Shown here piece after piece: positions 51,688 through 60,527 of a stretch of DNA of 64,000 nucleotides. Source of the stretch: Gemmatimonadales bacterium (GTDB taxonomy: Bacteria > Gemmatimonadota > Gemmatimonadetes > Gemmatimonadales > GWC2-71-9); NCBI GenBank assembly GCA_965249575.1, contig OZ252244.1:96001-160000 (forward strand), written 5' to 3'. A program made the position numbers and the translations under genes. The stretch's first letter is position 1, and every line of letters starts with the position of its first letter. The notes under the pieces were generated by a model. That model had not been told where the DNA came from, did no database searches, and worked only from the letters and a program-made list of their open reading frames with translations.

Positions 51688-52658
51688 TCTGCACCCTCAC
51701 GATTGCCGCCCTTAGCCGCCTCCGCCCGAGCCGGGTTTCCCCCGGAAAGGAGGTAGAGTACCGCCATTCGGACGGCGATCCCGTTGGTCACCTGGTGCAG
51801 GATGACACTCTCGGGACCGTCGACCACGCGCGAGTCTACCTCCACCCCGCGGTTGACCGGCCCCGGATGCAAGACGATGGGTGCCTTGCCGGCGCACGCC
51901 AGGCGCTCGGCCGTCACACCAAACACCCGATTGTACTCTCTGACGGACGGGATGAACCCGGCGTGCATCCGCTCGAGCTGCAACCGCAAGACGTTGAGCG
52001 CGTCCGCCCACCGAATCGCGTCCTCGATCCGGTCGAACGCCTGGACACCGAGCTGTTCGATACCCCTGGGCATCAGCGACTTGGGACCGCACACCGCGAC
52101 CTCCGCGCCCAACTTGAGCAGTCCCCAAATGTTCGAACGCGCGACGCGACTGTGCAGGATGTCGCCGCAAATGCAAACCTTGGCTCCGCGAATGGAGCCG
52201 AGCCGGTCTCGAATGGTCAGAAGGTCGAGTAGCGCCTGCGTGGGGTGTTCGTGCTTCCCATCTCCCGCATTGATCACGCTGGAGCGGATCCGATTGGCCA
52301 GAAAATGCGCGGCCCCAGACGACGGGTGCCGCATGACGACCATGTCGATCCGCATGGACTCAAGATTCCGCGCCGTGTCGACGAGGTTTTCGCCTTTTTC
52401 GACCGACGACCCAAGCGATACGACGTTGACGGTGTCAGCCGACAGTCGTTTCTCCGCGAATTCGAACGATATGCGCGTGCGGGTCGAGGCCTCGAAGAAC
52501 AGATTGACGATCGTCTTCCCGCGCAGGGTGGGTACCTTCTTGATGGCGCGTTCGCTGACCTCCTTGAAGGGCTCGGCGGTATCCAGTATCAGCTCGATCT
52601 GTTCTGGGGTCAGCTCTTCGAGCCCCAGCAGGTCCTTCCCAAGCGAAGGTGTGGTCAC
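51684..52658 (-). CDS. pyrB: Aspartate carbamoyltransferase catalytic subunit
   Basis: [36 protein letters not shown]. Confidence 0.97.
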   Translation of the reverse strand: MTTPSLGKDLLGLEELTPEQIELILDTAEPFKEVSERAIKKVPTLRGKTIVNLFFEASTRTRISFEFAEKRLSADTVNVVSLGSSVEKGENLVDTARNLESMRIDMVVMRHPSSGAAHFLANRIRSSVINAGDGKHEHPTQALLDLLTIRDRLGSIRGAKVCICGDILHSRVARSNIWGLLKLGAEVAVCGPKSLMPRGIEQLGVQAFDRIEDAIRWADALNVLRLQLERMHAGFIPSVREYNRVFGVTAERLACAGKAPIVLHPGPVNRGVEVDSRVVDGPESVILHQVTNGIAVRMAVLYLLSGGNPARAEAAKGGNREGAE

Positions 52659-53200
52659 CTGGTACGCACCAACTCCACGGCGTCCCGTCCGTCCAGGTCC
52701 GCTACCAGCACCTCCACCACGTCGCCCGGCCCCGCATCCACGGTTTTCCCGACCACGTCGGCCTGGATCGGGAGTTCGCGTCCTCCCCGGTCGATCAGGA
52801 TACAGAGACTGATACGGGCCGGCCGGCCGAAGTCCACGAGTTGGTCCAGCGCGGCCCGGACGGTGCGTCCGGTGTACAAGACGTCGTCGACGATGATGAC
52901 ATTGCTCCCAGACAGATCGCCAGGGAGGTGGGTCTCCCCGATGACGGGCCGAGGACCGACCGTTTCGAGATCGTCTCGGTACAGCGTGATGTCGAGCGCA
53001 CCTCGATCGACATCCCGCTGGGTTTTCTCGGCGATCGTTTTCGCAAGGCGGTCCGCCAGCTGCACGCCACGCCGCTGAATACCGACCAAGACGAGCGGCC
53101 TGGCGGTGCCCGAGAGCTCAATAATCTGATCCGCCATTTGTTGGACCGCCCGTGCGACCGCACGGGCGTCGAGGAGAGTGGTGCGCTCGGCGGAACCCAT
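52655..53200 (-). CDS. pyrR: PyrR family uracil phosphoribosyltransferase/regulator
   Basis: [30 protein letters not shown]. Confidence 0.95.
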   Translation of the reverse strand: MGSAERTTLLDARAVARAVQQMADQIIELSGTARPLVLVGIQRRGVQLADRLAKTIAEKTQRDVDRGALDITLYRDDLETVGPRPVIGETHLPGDLSGSNVIIVDDVLYTGRTVRAALDQLVDFGRPARISLCILIDRGGRELPIQADVVGKTVDAGPGDVVEVLVADLDGRDAVELVRTR

Positions 53201-53211
53201 AGCCGTGGCGC

Positions 53212-53240
53212 AAGTTAGGTGGTCTCCCCAGGTCCGTCAA
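53212..53240 (-). promoter_or_regulatory. sigma70 promoter of pyrRBC
   Basis: TTGACG-N17-TAACTT, ending 11 nt before the pyrR ATG. Confidence 0.7.
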
Positions 53241-53285
53241 CGATCGGCGACCAAACCCGGAAGCCAAAGGGCGACCGGCGGGACC

Positions 53286-54252
53286 TCAGGCCAGAGCCGG
53301 TGTAAGGGGCTCCCCGCCATCGAGTACCGCCTGGACGTTTCGCACCGCGAGCGCCGCCATCGCCTTGCGTGAGACGGAGGTCGCGCTCCCGAGATGGGGC
53401 AGCGCCACGATGCACGGATGTTGCAGGAGCCGACGATCCACCTCGGGTTCGCTCGAGAAAACGTCCAGACCGGCTGCTCGGAGGCGGCCGGAATCGAGCG
53501 CCTCGAGAAGGGCGGGCTCGTGGACCAGGTCACCGCGTGCCGTATTGACGAATATGGAGCCAGCCTTCATGCGGCCGAAGCTGGCGGCGTCCATTAGACC
53601 GACCGTTTCCGGGGCCGAGCGCACGTGCAGTGACACGACGTCGCTGCCCGCCAGCAGGGGAGTCGAGGACCACGTGCCGGGCACCCATCTCAGCCTCGAA
53701 TTCCGGTTTGGCCGTTCGGGAGGTGTACAGGAGCCGCATCCCAAAGCCGAGGGCCCGGCGCCCAACGGCCTGTCCGATGCGGCCGGCCCCCACGATGCCG
53801 AGCGTGTGGCCCGCTAGCTCTAGCCCGAGCAGCTCATTCGGGTTCCAACCCTGCCACCCACCCGACAACAGGAGCTCGCGCCCTTCATTGATCCGGCGGG
53901 CAGCAGCTAGGATGAGTGCCCATGTCAGATCCGCGGTAGACTCCGTGAGGACCCCGGGGGTGTTCGTGACGACGATCCCCCGTCGCTCGGCAGCGGCCAG
54001 ATCGATGTTGTCGACCCCGGTAGCGCAATTCGCGATGACTCGAAGTTGGGGGAGCCGCGCAAGATCATCATCGCGAACGTGCCGGGTCAGAAGCGGCACG
54101 ATGCCGGTGAAGGGTCCGGCGGGAATCGGCGCTCCGCTCGCTACCCACCGAACCGAGCGCCCCGGAAGCGGATCGGCACCGAGAAGATCTCGAAGCTCCT
54201 CGGCGATCAAGACGCTATCTGGCACAGCCTGCGCGAAAAGTCCGGCTGCCAT
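53286..54252 (-). pseudogene. D-2-hydroxyacid dehydrogenase (glyoxylate reductase-like), +1 frameshift in C-run 53657-53660
   Basis: GVDNID, TNTPG, GAGRIG in one frame; SDVVSLH, VNTARG, GLDVF..EP, PHLGS in the next. Confidence 0.88.
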
Positions 54253-54289
54253 GGAATCGCACCACACTTGAATCTATAATGCACGCCCG

Positions 54290-54376
54290 GGAGAGGTGTC
54301 CGAGTGGCTGAAGGAGCCGGTCTCGAAAACCGGTAAGCCCGCAAGGGTTTCGTGGGTTCGAATCCCACCCTCTCCG
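54290..54376 (+). tRNA. tRNA-Ser(CGA), CCA not encoded
   Basis: Acceptor GGAGAGG/CCTCTCC + G73, anticodon arm CCGGT-CTCGAAA-ACCGG, long variable arm, GTTCGAATC; TATAAT at 54275-54280. Confidence 0.97.
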
Positions 54377-54432
54377 CTGGCAGTATGCTCGTCAGAGGTG
54401 CGATCCCTCGACCGTTGCTACATCTTCACCGG

Positions 54433-54454
54433 CTCACGAACGGCCGTTCGTGAG
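54433..54454. promoter_or_regulatory. Perfect 22-bp palindrome, candidate operator or hairpin
   Basis: CTCACGAACGGCCGTTCGTGAG, about 30 nt before the esterase ATG. Confidence 0.6.
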
Positions 54455-54484
54455 GTACTAGCCGTGTGACGTAAGGAGAACGCA

Positions 54485-56239
54485 ATGATGCACCCCCCGC
54501 TGGCCGTACGCCGTCGATTCCACGCGCCCGCTCTCATCGCGGTCCTGCTACTGGTCGCCGGTCCGCTACAGGCGGACGCGGCTCAGGCCCCCCCCCCTTC
54601 CGACCTTCAGTTCACGATCTCGGTCGCGGCGTCGGCGCACAGCGAGCCCATCACCGGCCGCATGTACGTACTAATCGACACGGACTCGACCAGTCCCGCG
54701 CTGTCCCAGCGAAGCCTCGGGCATCAGCCCATATCGAGCTCACGCGGCGTCCCCTTCTTCGCAATCGACATTCATCAACTGGAACCCGGACAGACCGCGG
54801 TCATCGACGCTTCGACGCCGGGGTTCCCCCAGCGTTCCCTGCGTGACCTGCCGCCCGGGGACTATTTCGTCCAGGCCCTGGTCAACGTCTATACTGAATT
54901 TCACCGTGCTGACGGGCATGTGATCTGGGCGCACATGGACCAGTGGGATGGCCAGCATTTCAATTGGGCGCCGGGGAACCTGCTGAGCGCTGTCAAGAGA
55001 GTCCGCCTCGACCCGGTGGTAGGCTACGACGTAGCGCTCGCGGCAACCGAAGTCATCCCGCCGATCGAGATGCCGCCCGACGACGAGTGGGTAAAGCGTG
55101 TCCGAATCCAGAGCGACCTGCTCAGCGAGTTCTGGGGCCACCCGATCTACATAGGGGCCACGGTGCTCTTGCCAAAGGGATACGACACGAACCCCAACGT
55201 GCGCTACCCAACCGTGTACCAGCAGGGGCACTTCGACCTCCGAGCGCCGTTTCGGTTTCAGACGACACCACTCAACGAGTCGCCGGCCGCCCGGGCCGCG
55301 AGACTCGGGCGCGGTGTAGAGAACGGGTATGAGTTTTACCAGGCGTGGAACTCGCCCGATTTCCCGCGCATGTTCGCCGTCACCTTCCAACACCCCACGC
55401 CGTACTTCGACGACTCCTACACCGTCAACTCGGCGAACAACGGACCGTATGCCGACGCAATCCTGACGGAGCTGATCCCGTACCTCGAGCAAGAGTTCCG
55501 GATGATTCCCGAATCGTACGCCCGGCTCTTGACCGGCGGGTCGACGGGCGGTTACGAGGCGCTCGCGCTTCAGGTACACCATCCGACGTTTTTTGGCGGC
55601 ACGTGGGTGTATTACCCGGACACAATCGATTTTCGACGGCTGTTTCTGATCAACATCTACGAGGACGAGAACGCCTTCCTCGTACCGGGTTGGGGGCTCG
55701 GAAACGTCCAGCCGGAGCGCTATGCGTTTCGCTCCGCCGAAGGACAGTCGATCTTCACCATTCGCGATCTCAGCCGCCTCGCGTCGATGCTCGGGAGCAA
55801 GGGACGATCGACGGACTACCTCGAAGCGTGGGAAGCCTCGTTCGGACCGGTTGGTGACGACGGCTACACGAGGCCGCTCTGGGACAAACAAACGGGGAAG
55901 ATCGACCGGGAAGTGGCACAGTACTGGAGGGAGGAAGGCTACGATCTGCGCTACTACACGGAGCAGAACTGGTCGACGATCGGGCAGCACCTGGTCGGCA
56001 AGCTGCACTTCATCTGCGGCGATATGGACAACTACTTCTTCAATCAGCCCGTCTACATGATGGAAGAGTTCCTCGAGGGCACCACCGACCCATACTACGC
56101 CGGCTCGTTTCGCTACGGCCGTCCGAACAAACCTCATGGGTGGACGCCGATCACCAATGCCGAGTTGATGGACGAAATGGCCGCGTTGATCACCCAAAAC
56201 ACACCGGCAGGGCACGACGCCGGGATGTGGCGATACTAG
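54485..56239 (+). CDS. Exported alpha/beta-hydrolase (Fes/putative esterase family) with N-terminal accessory domain
   Basis: Signal peptide, SDLLSEFWG, VLLPKGY, nucleophile elbow GGSTGG, GDMD, C-terminal His; AAGGAG RBS. Confidence 0.85.
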   Translation: MMHPPLAVRRRFHAPALIAVLLLVAGPLQADAAQAPPPSDLQFTISVAASAHSEPITGRMYVLIDTDSTSPALSQRSLGHQPISSSRGVPFFAIDIHQLEPGQTAVIDASTPGFPQRSLRDLPPGDYFVQALVNVYTEFHRADGHVIWAHMDQWDGQHFNWAPGNLLSAVKRVRLDPVVGYDVALAATEVIPPIEMPPDDEWVKRVRIQSDLLSEFWGHPIYIGATVLLPKGYDTNPNVRYPTVYQQGHFDLRAPFRFQTTPLNESPAARAARLGRGVENGYEFYQAWNSPDFPRMFAVTFQHPTPYFDDSYTVNSANNGPYADAILTELIPYLEQEFRMIPESYARLLTGGSTGGYEALALQVHHPTFFGGTWVYYPDTIDFRRLFLINIYEDENAFLVPGWGLGNVQPERYAFRSAEGQSIFTIRDLSRLASMLGSKGRSTDYLEAWEASFGPVGDDGYTRPLWDKQTGKIDREVAQYWREEGYDLRYYTEQNWSTIGQHLVGKLHFICGDMDNYFFNQPVYMMEEFLEGTTDPYYAGSFRYGRPNKPHGWTPITNAELMDEMAALITQNTPAGHDAGMWRY

Positions 56240-56327
56240 CCGGCGCCGGGAACACGGTGTGCGGCCGTGGCCCACCCGTTGACCGGACACCGGTAAACTG
56301 GCTCCTCCCGCGCGATCGCGCCGCCTG

Positions 56328-57659
56328 GTGACCGCCCCAGCCGTGGCGGCGCCGGTCTCCGCGCTGCTCGAGCAGTTTCGACGCAAACGACTGCTCGTGA
56401 CCATCCTGCTGTTCGTCGCGTACGCGGGGTACTACTTCTGCCGCGTGACTCTTCCGGTTGCACTGCCGGTCATCCGAGACGCCTTCGACTACACCAATAC
56501 CGAGATGGGCTTCATCCTCTCGGCTTATTTCACCGTCTACGCCGTCTCAAAGCTCGCGAACGGATTCCTCGGAGATCGCGTCGGCGGCAAAGTGATGCTC
56601 TTGGTCGGTGTCACCGGAACCGTGGTGTGCAATGTCACGTTCGGATTCGGGCGCGAACTCACCTTCTTTGTCCTCATCTGGGCGACCAACGCCTTCTTCC
56701 AGTCCATGGGATGGCTATCCATCGTTCCGATCATGGCCCAGTGGTATACGAACCGGGAGACCGGGAAAACGATGGGCGTCATGGCTTTGAGCTATCAGCT
56801 GGGAGATTTTGCCGCCCGATCCTCCGCGGCGGCCCTGATCGTCGCTCTCGGCTGGTCCGGGTTGTTCTGGGCGCACGCCGCATTACTCGGATTGCTGGGC
56901 GTCGCGCTGATCGTGCTGGTCAAACCGTCTCCGGTAAGATTGGGGCTTCCAGACATCGGCCAATACACCGCGTACGTCGTGTCGGGAGACCCGGACCAAC
57001 TCACGGCCGAGCCGGACCAGCCGCGGGACTCGCCGGGGCGATCTGCCATCGCGAACCGTTGGATGCGCGGCATGCTGGCCAACTTCCAGTTTTGGGTCGT
57101 TTGCACCAGTTATCTCTTCATCTCCATCATTCGGTACGTGTTCTGGGGTTGGTCCGTGCAGTACTTGATCGAGAACGGAGCTACCCTCGGCTCGGCTGCT
57201 TTCACGTCTGCGATCTTCCCGTTGCTGGGATCCGCGGGCTCGATCACGGCGGGCTGGGTGTCTGACAGCATCGGCGCGAGGCGGGGCCCGGTCCTCGCGG
57301 TCATGGGCCTTCTGTTGACCGCTTCGGTCTATTTCTTTAGCCAAGTGCCCGGAGATCAGCCCGTGTGGCTCATGATCGGGCTAGGTCTGGTCGGGTTCAC
57401 CTTGTACGGACCCTATTCCTTGATGGCGGGCGCGGTGGCCATGGATTTCGGCTGGAAGTACTCCTCTTCGACGGCCGCGGGCATCATCGACGCGATCGGG
57501 GCCGTCGGAGCCATCCTGACTGGTGTCGGGATGGGATTTCTCATCGACTCCTATGGCTGGGACAACGCGTTCGCCATCATTATCGCCATGGCCCTCGTGT
57601 CGAGCGCGCTGAACTTCACGCTCTGGAATCTCAAACCCTCTCACACGATCAACCACTAG
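56328..57659 (+). CDS. MFS transporter, OPA (GlpT/UhpC-like) family
   Basis: 12 TM, YAGYYFCR, GFLGDRVG, FQSMGW, AGWVSD, STAAGIID. Confidence 0.9.
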   Translation: MTAPAVAAPVSALLEQFRRKRLLVTILLFVAYAGYYFCRVTLPVALPVIRDAFDYTNTEMGFILSAYFTVYAVSKLANGFLGDRVGGKVMLLVGVTGTVVCNVTFGFGRELTFFVLIWATNAFFQSMGWLSIVPIMAQWYTNRETGKTMGVMALSYQLGDFAARSSAAALIVALGWSGLFWAHAALLGLLGVALIVLVKPSPVRLGLPDIGQYTAYVVSGDPDQLTAEPDQPRDSPGRSAIANRWMRGMLANFQFWVVCTSYLFISIIRYVFWGWSVQYLIENGATLGSAAFTSAIFPLLGSAGSITAGWVSDSIGARRGPVLAVMGLLLTASVYFFSQVPGDQPVWLMIGLGLVGFTLYGPYSLMAGAVAMDFGWKYSSSTAAGIIDAIGAVGAILTGVGMGFLIDSYGWDNAFAIIIAMALVSSALNFTLWNLKPSHTINH

Positions 57660-57668
57660 CAGAGGCCG

Positions 57669-58688
57669 TTGACGATGCTGTTTAGGCGATGGATTTCAAC
57701 AGTCGACACCCATACTGAGGGTGAACCCACCCGGATCATCACCGGGGGTCTCGCCCCGCTCAAAGGCGACACGATGTTGGCGCGGCTCGAAGATTTTCGC
57801 GCGCGCATGGACGACGTCCGTCGGACACTCATCGCCGAGCCACGTGGCCACAAGGACATGTACGGGTGTGTCCTCACGCCCCCGATCGCACCCGGGGCCG
57901 CCTACGGCGTATTCTTCATGGACAACGCCGACTATATGACCATGTGCGGGCACGCGACGGTCGGCGTGTCGACCGCCCTCGTCGATTTGGGGATGGTGCC
58001 CGTCGAGGAGCCAACCACCCGTTTCGTGCTCGAGACTCCAGCGGGGTTGGTGGAATCCACGGTCACGACCAAGAATGGGAGGGCGGAGCGTGTCGCCTTC
58101 CGAAACGTGCCGGCCTTTGTGGAGCAGCTGGACGTCCGCATCTCGGTTCCGGGGATCGGTGACGTAACGGCAGATATCGCCTACGGCGGGAACTGGTTCG
58201 CGTTCTTCGACGCCGGCGAGATGGGACTGGAGCTCTCATTACGCAACATCAAGAACGTAGTGGACGTTGGGATGAGAATCATGGACGCCGCAAACGACCA
58301 GGTGACCGTACAGCATCCCGAGGTTCCCCGAAGCAACCGCATCAACATCGTGACCGCGGTGACGAAGCCCGAAGATCCCACCCGTACGTACCGGAACGTG
58401 CACGTGTTCGGCCCACGGCAATTCGACCGGTCTCCCGGCGGCACGGGGACCTGCGCCAGAATGGCGGTGCTCCACGCAAGGGGCCGACTCGCGGTCGGTG
58501 GAGACGTGTTCGTTGAGAGCGTCACAGGAGGTGTCTTTCGCGGCCGGATTCTCGACGAGACCACGGTCGGGACCCACAAGGCGGTCGTTCCGGAGATCAC
58601 CGGCTCCGCCCACATCACCGGCATTCACCAGTTCGTGGTCGATCCCCGCGATCGGCTGCAGACCGGATTCCCGACGGAATGGGCCTGA
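57669..58688 (+). CDS. Proline racemase / hydroxyproline epimerase family protein, atypical active site
   Basis: DTHTEGEPTR, EPRGH, MCGH, DIAYGGN, DRSPGGTG. Confidence 0.92.
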   Translation: MTMLFRRWISTVDTHTEGEPTRIITGGLAPLKGDTMLARLEDFRARMDDVRRTLIAEPRGHKDMYGCVLTPPIAPGAAYGVFFMDNADYMTMCGHATVGVSTALVDLGMVPVEEPTTRFVLETPAGLVESTVTTKNGRAERVAFRNVPAFVEQLDVRISVPGIGDVTADIAYGGNWFAFFDAGEMGLELSLRNIKNVVDVGMRIMDAANDQVTVQHPEVPRSNRINIVTAVTKPEDPTRTYRNVHVFGPRQFDRSPGGTGTCARMAVLHARGRLAVGGDVFVESVTGGVFRGRILDETTVGTHKAVVPEITGSAHITGIHQFVVDPRDRLQTGFPTEWA

Positions 58689-58782
58689 GCGCCTACGCCG
58701 CTCTCCGAACGGCACGGGGCGTTCGCGCGTCAGAGTGCGCCCGCGCGTTTCCGGTCTCCGATCGAGCGAGCCGCGCCTCCAC

Positions 58783-59244
58783 ATGATGGAGAAGCGCCAA
58801 CCCCATCAACTGCTCGCGGAGTTCGCGGTGATCGTACGCCTCCCCGTCCAATGGGGTGAGCTGGACGCCTATGGACACGTGAACAACTCGATGTTCTTCC
58901 GCTATTTCGAGTCCGCACGCATGGAATACCTGGAGCGATGCGGTTTCCTCCATTCGTACGAGCGGGACAAAGTCGGCGCGATCCTGCACTCGACTCAGTG
59001 CCGATTCAAGCGGGCGTTGTTCTTCCCAGACACGATCGAGGTCGGCACTCGCGTGATCGAAATGCAGGAAGACCGGTTCACCATGGAGTACCACGTGGTG
59101 TCGCTGGGCCAGGATGCACTCGTCGCGGAGGGAACCGGCGTCATCGTCTCGTTTGACTACACGGGGAAGGCAAAGGCTCCCATTCCGCCCGACGTGCGGG
59201 AGGCTATCGGATCGCTGGATCGGGGACGCGGCGCGCGGGATTAG
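58783..59244 (+). CDS. Acyl-CoA thioesterase (4HBT/YbgC hotdog fold)
   Basis: VQWGELDAYGHVNN..FRYFESAR. Confidence 0.92.
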   Translation: MMEKRQPHQLLAEFAVIVRLPVQWGELDAYGHVNNSMFFRYFESARMEYLERCGFLHSYERDKVGAILHSTQCRFKRALFFPDTIEVGTRVIEMQEDRFTMEYHVVSLGQDALVAEGTGVIVSFDYTGKAKAPIPPDVREAIGSLDRGRGARD

Positions 59245-59271
59245 CGCGCCAGGGACACGGCTCTCGGAACG

Positions 59272-59478
59272 CTACTGCAGCGCGATGGTGCCATCGACCG
59301 TCGCCTCGGAGTCGAGACCGTCGATGGTCAACCGCGCACGAGCCCGAAGCGTCTCACTGCCCGACAGGGACCCGGACCTGACGCCTTCGCGAACGGCTCG
59401 CTCCATCTCTCGCTGCGCCGCGATGCCGAACTTCTTGAGGAACTTCCTCAACTCGAGGTTGAAGACCTCTTCGTTCAC
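59272..59478 (-). CDS. Small conserved protein (DUF6494-like)
   Basis: MNEEVFNLELRKFLKKFGIAAQREMERAV; GGAGGAG RBS before GTG. Confidence 0.8.
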   Translation of the reverse strand: MNEEVFNLELRKFLKKFGIAAQREMERAVREGVRSGSLSGSETLRARARLTIDGLDSEATVDGTIALQ

Positions 59479-59497
59479 TGACCTTCTCCTCCCACCC

Positions 59498-60526
59498 CTA
59501 TGCCGCCACTGTCCAGGTCGCGCCCTTGCGTAGCAACGACCCGAAATCCTCCTCCGAAAGGCCCTGCTGGGCGGCTTCGATCTGAGCATGGACGTCGGCC
59601 TCGTAAGTCGGTGCCGGGGCGTCGTACAGGACCCCGGTGGCAACCGGGAACTCAGGGGCTTCGAGCGAACCCAGCAGCGTCGCAAGCATTCGGTTCGTTT
59701 GGTCGTGCACGAGGACGTCTTCGCGCCGGACTCCGCCCTCGCCCACGCGCACGATTTCGAAGGCCAGGCCGTTCGACGTGAGCCGCAGTCCTTTGTCCTG
59801 ATTTGCCCCGAAAAGCAGCGGCTCCCCGTGCTCTACCCGGAGTTGCATCTCGGACGCGACCGCCTTCGCCGTGAAATCATCAAAGACGCCGTCGTTGAAG
59901 ACAACGCAGTTCTGGAAGACTTCCACGAATGCCGCACCCCGATGTTCGTGAGATCGCTTCAAGATGCCCACCAGGTGCTGCTGTTGGGTATCGATCGAGC
60001 GCGCCACGAACCGCGCCCCGGCTCCCAGCGCGAACGCCACCGGTGAAACAGGGTTGTCCAGCGAACCCTGCGGGGTCGACGGTGACCGTGTACCCCGTCG
60101 CGACGTCGGTGAATACTGCCCTTTGGTCAGCCCGTAGATCTCGTTATTGAAGAGGATGATCTGCAGATCGACGTTCCGCCGCAGAATGTGAAGCATGTGA
60201 TTGCCGCCGATGCTGAGGCCGTCACCATCGCCGACGATGACCCACACGTCGAGGTCGGGATTGGCCAACTTGACGCCCGTCGCCACCGCTGGCGCGCGGC
60301 CATGAATCGTGTGAAATCCATACGTGGCCATATAGTACGGGAAACGTGCCGCGCACCCGATGCCGGAGACGAAAACCGTCTGCTCCGGTGACGCGCCTAT
60401 CTCGGCCATGGTCTTCTGCATCGCCTTGAGAATCGCGTAGTCGCCGCAACCGGGGCACCACCGCACCTCCTGGTCCGACGCGTAATCCTTTGGTTTGAGG
60501 GACTCGGTGCGAGTCGCGACAATCAT
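59498..60526 (-). CDS. 2-oxoacid:ferredoxin oxidoreductase beta subunit
   Basis: WCPGCGD, SGIGC, HGRA, TPP motif GDGD...NNEIYGLTKGQYSPT. Confidence 0.96.
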   Translation of the reverse strand: MIVATRTESLKPKDYASDQEVRWCPGCGDYAILKAMQKTMAEIGASPEQTVFVSGIGCAARFPYYMATYGFHTIHGRAPAVATGVKLANPDLDVWVIVGDGDGLSIGGNHMLHILRRNVDLQIILFNNEIYGLTKGQYSPTSRRGTRSPSTPQGSLDNPVSPVAFALGAGARFVARSIDTQQQHLVGILKRSHEHRGAAFVEVFQNCVVFNDGVFDDFTAKAVASEMQLRVEHGEPLLFGANQDKGLRLTSNGLAFEIVRVGEGGVRREDVLVHDQTNRMLATLLGSLEAPEFPVATGVLYDAPAPTYEADVHAQIEAAQQGLSEEDFGSLLRKGATWTVAA

Positions 60527-60527
60527 C

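Noticed and set aside
53657..53660. Programmed frameshifts in the dehydrogenase, ada or the 1706 gene
   Set aside because: No slippery heptamer or stimulatory structure; simple indels suffice.
54740..56404. Long antisense ORFs (also 12215..13498, 47445..48686, 9177..10475)
   Set aside because: Shadow or alternative-frame ORFs of real genes in high-GC DNA; Arg/Gly/Pro-rich with no motifs.
54290..59300. Genomic island integrated at tRNA-Ser
   Set aside because: No integrase, no duplicated tRNA 3' end and no evident compositional shift.
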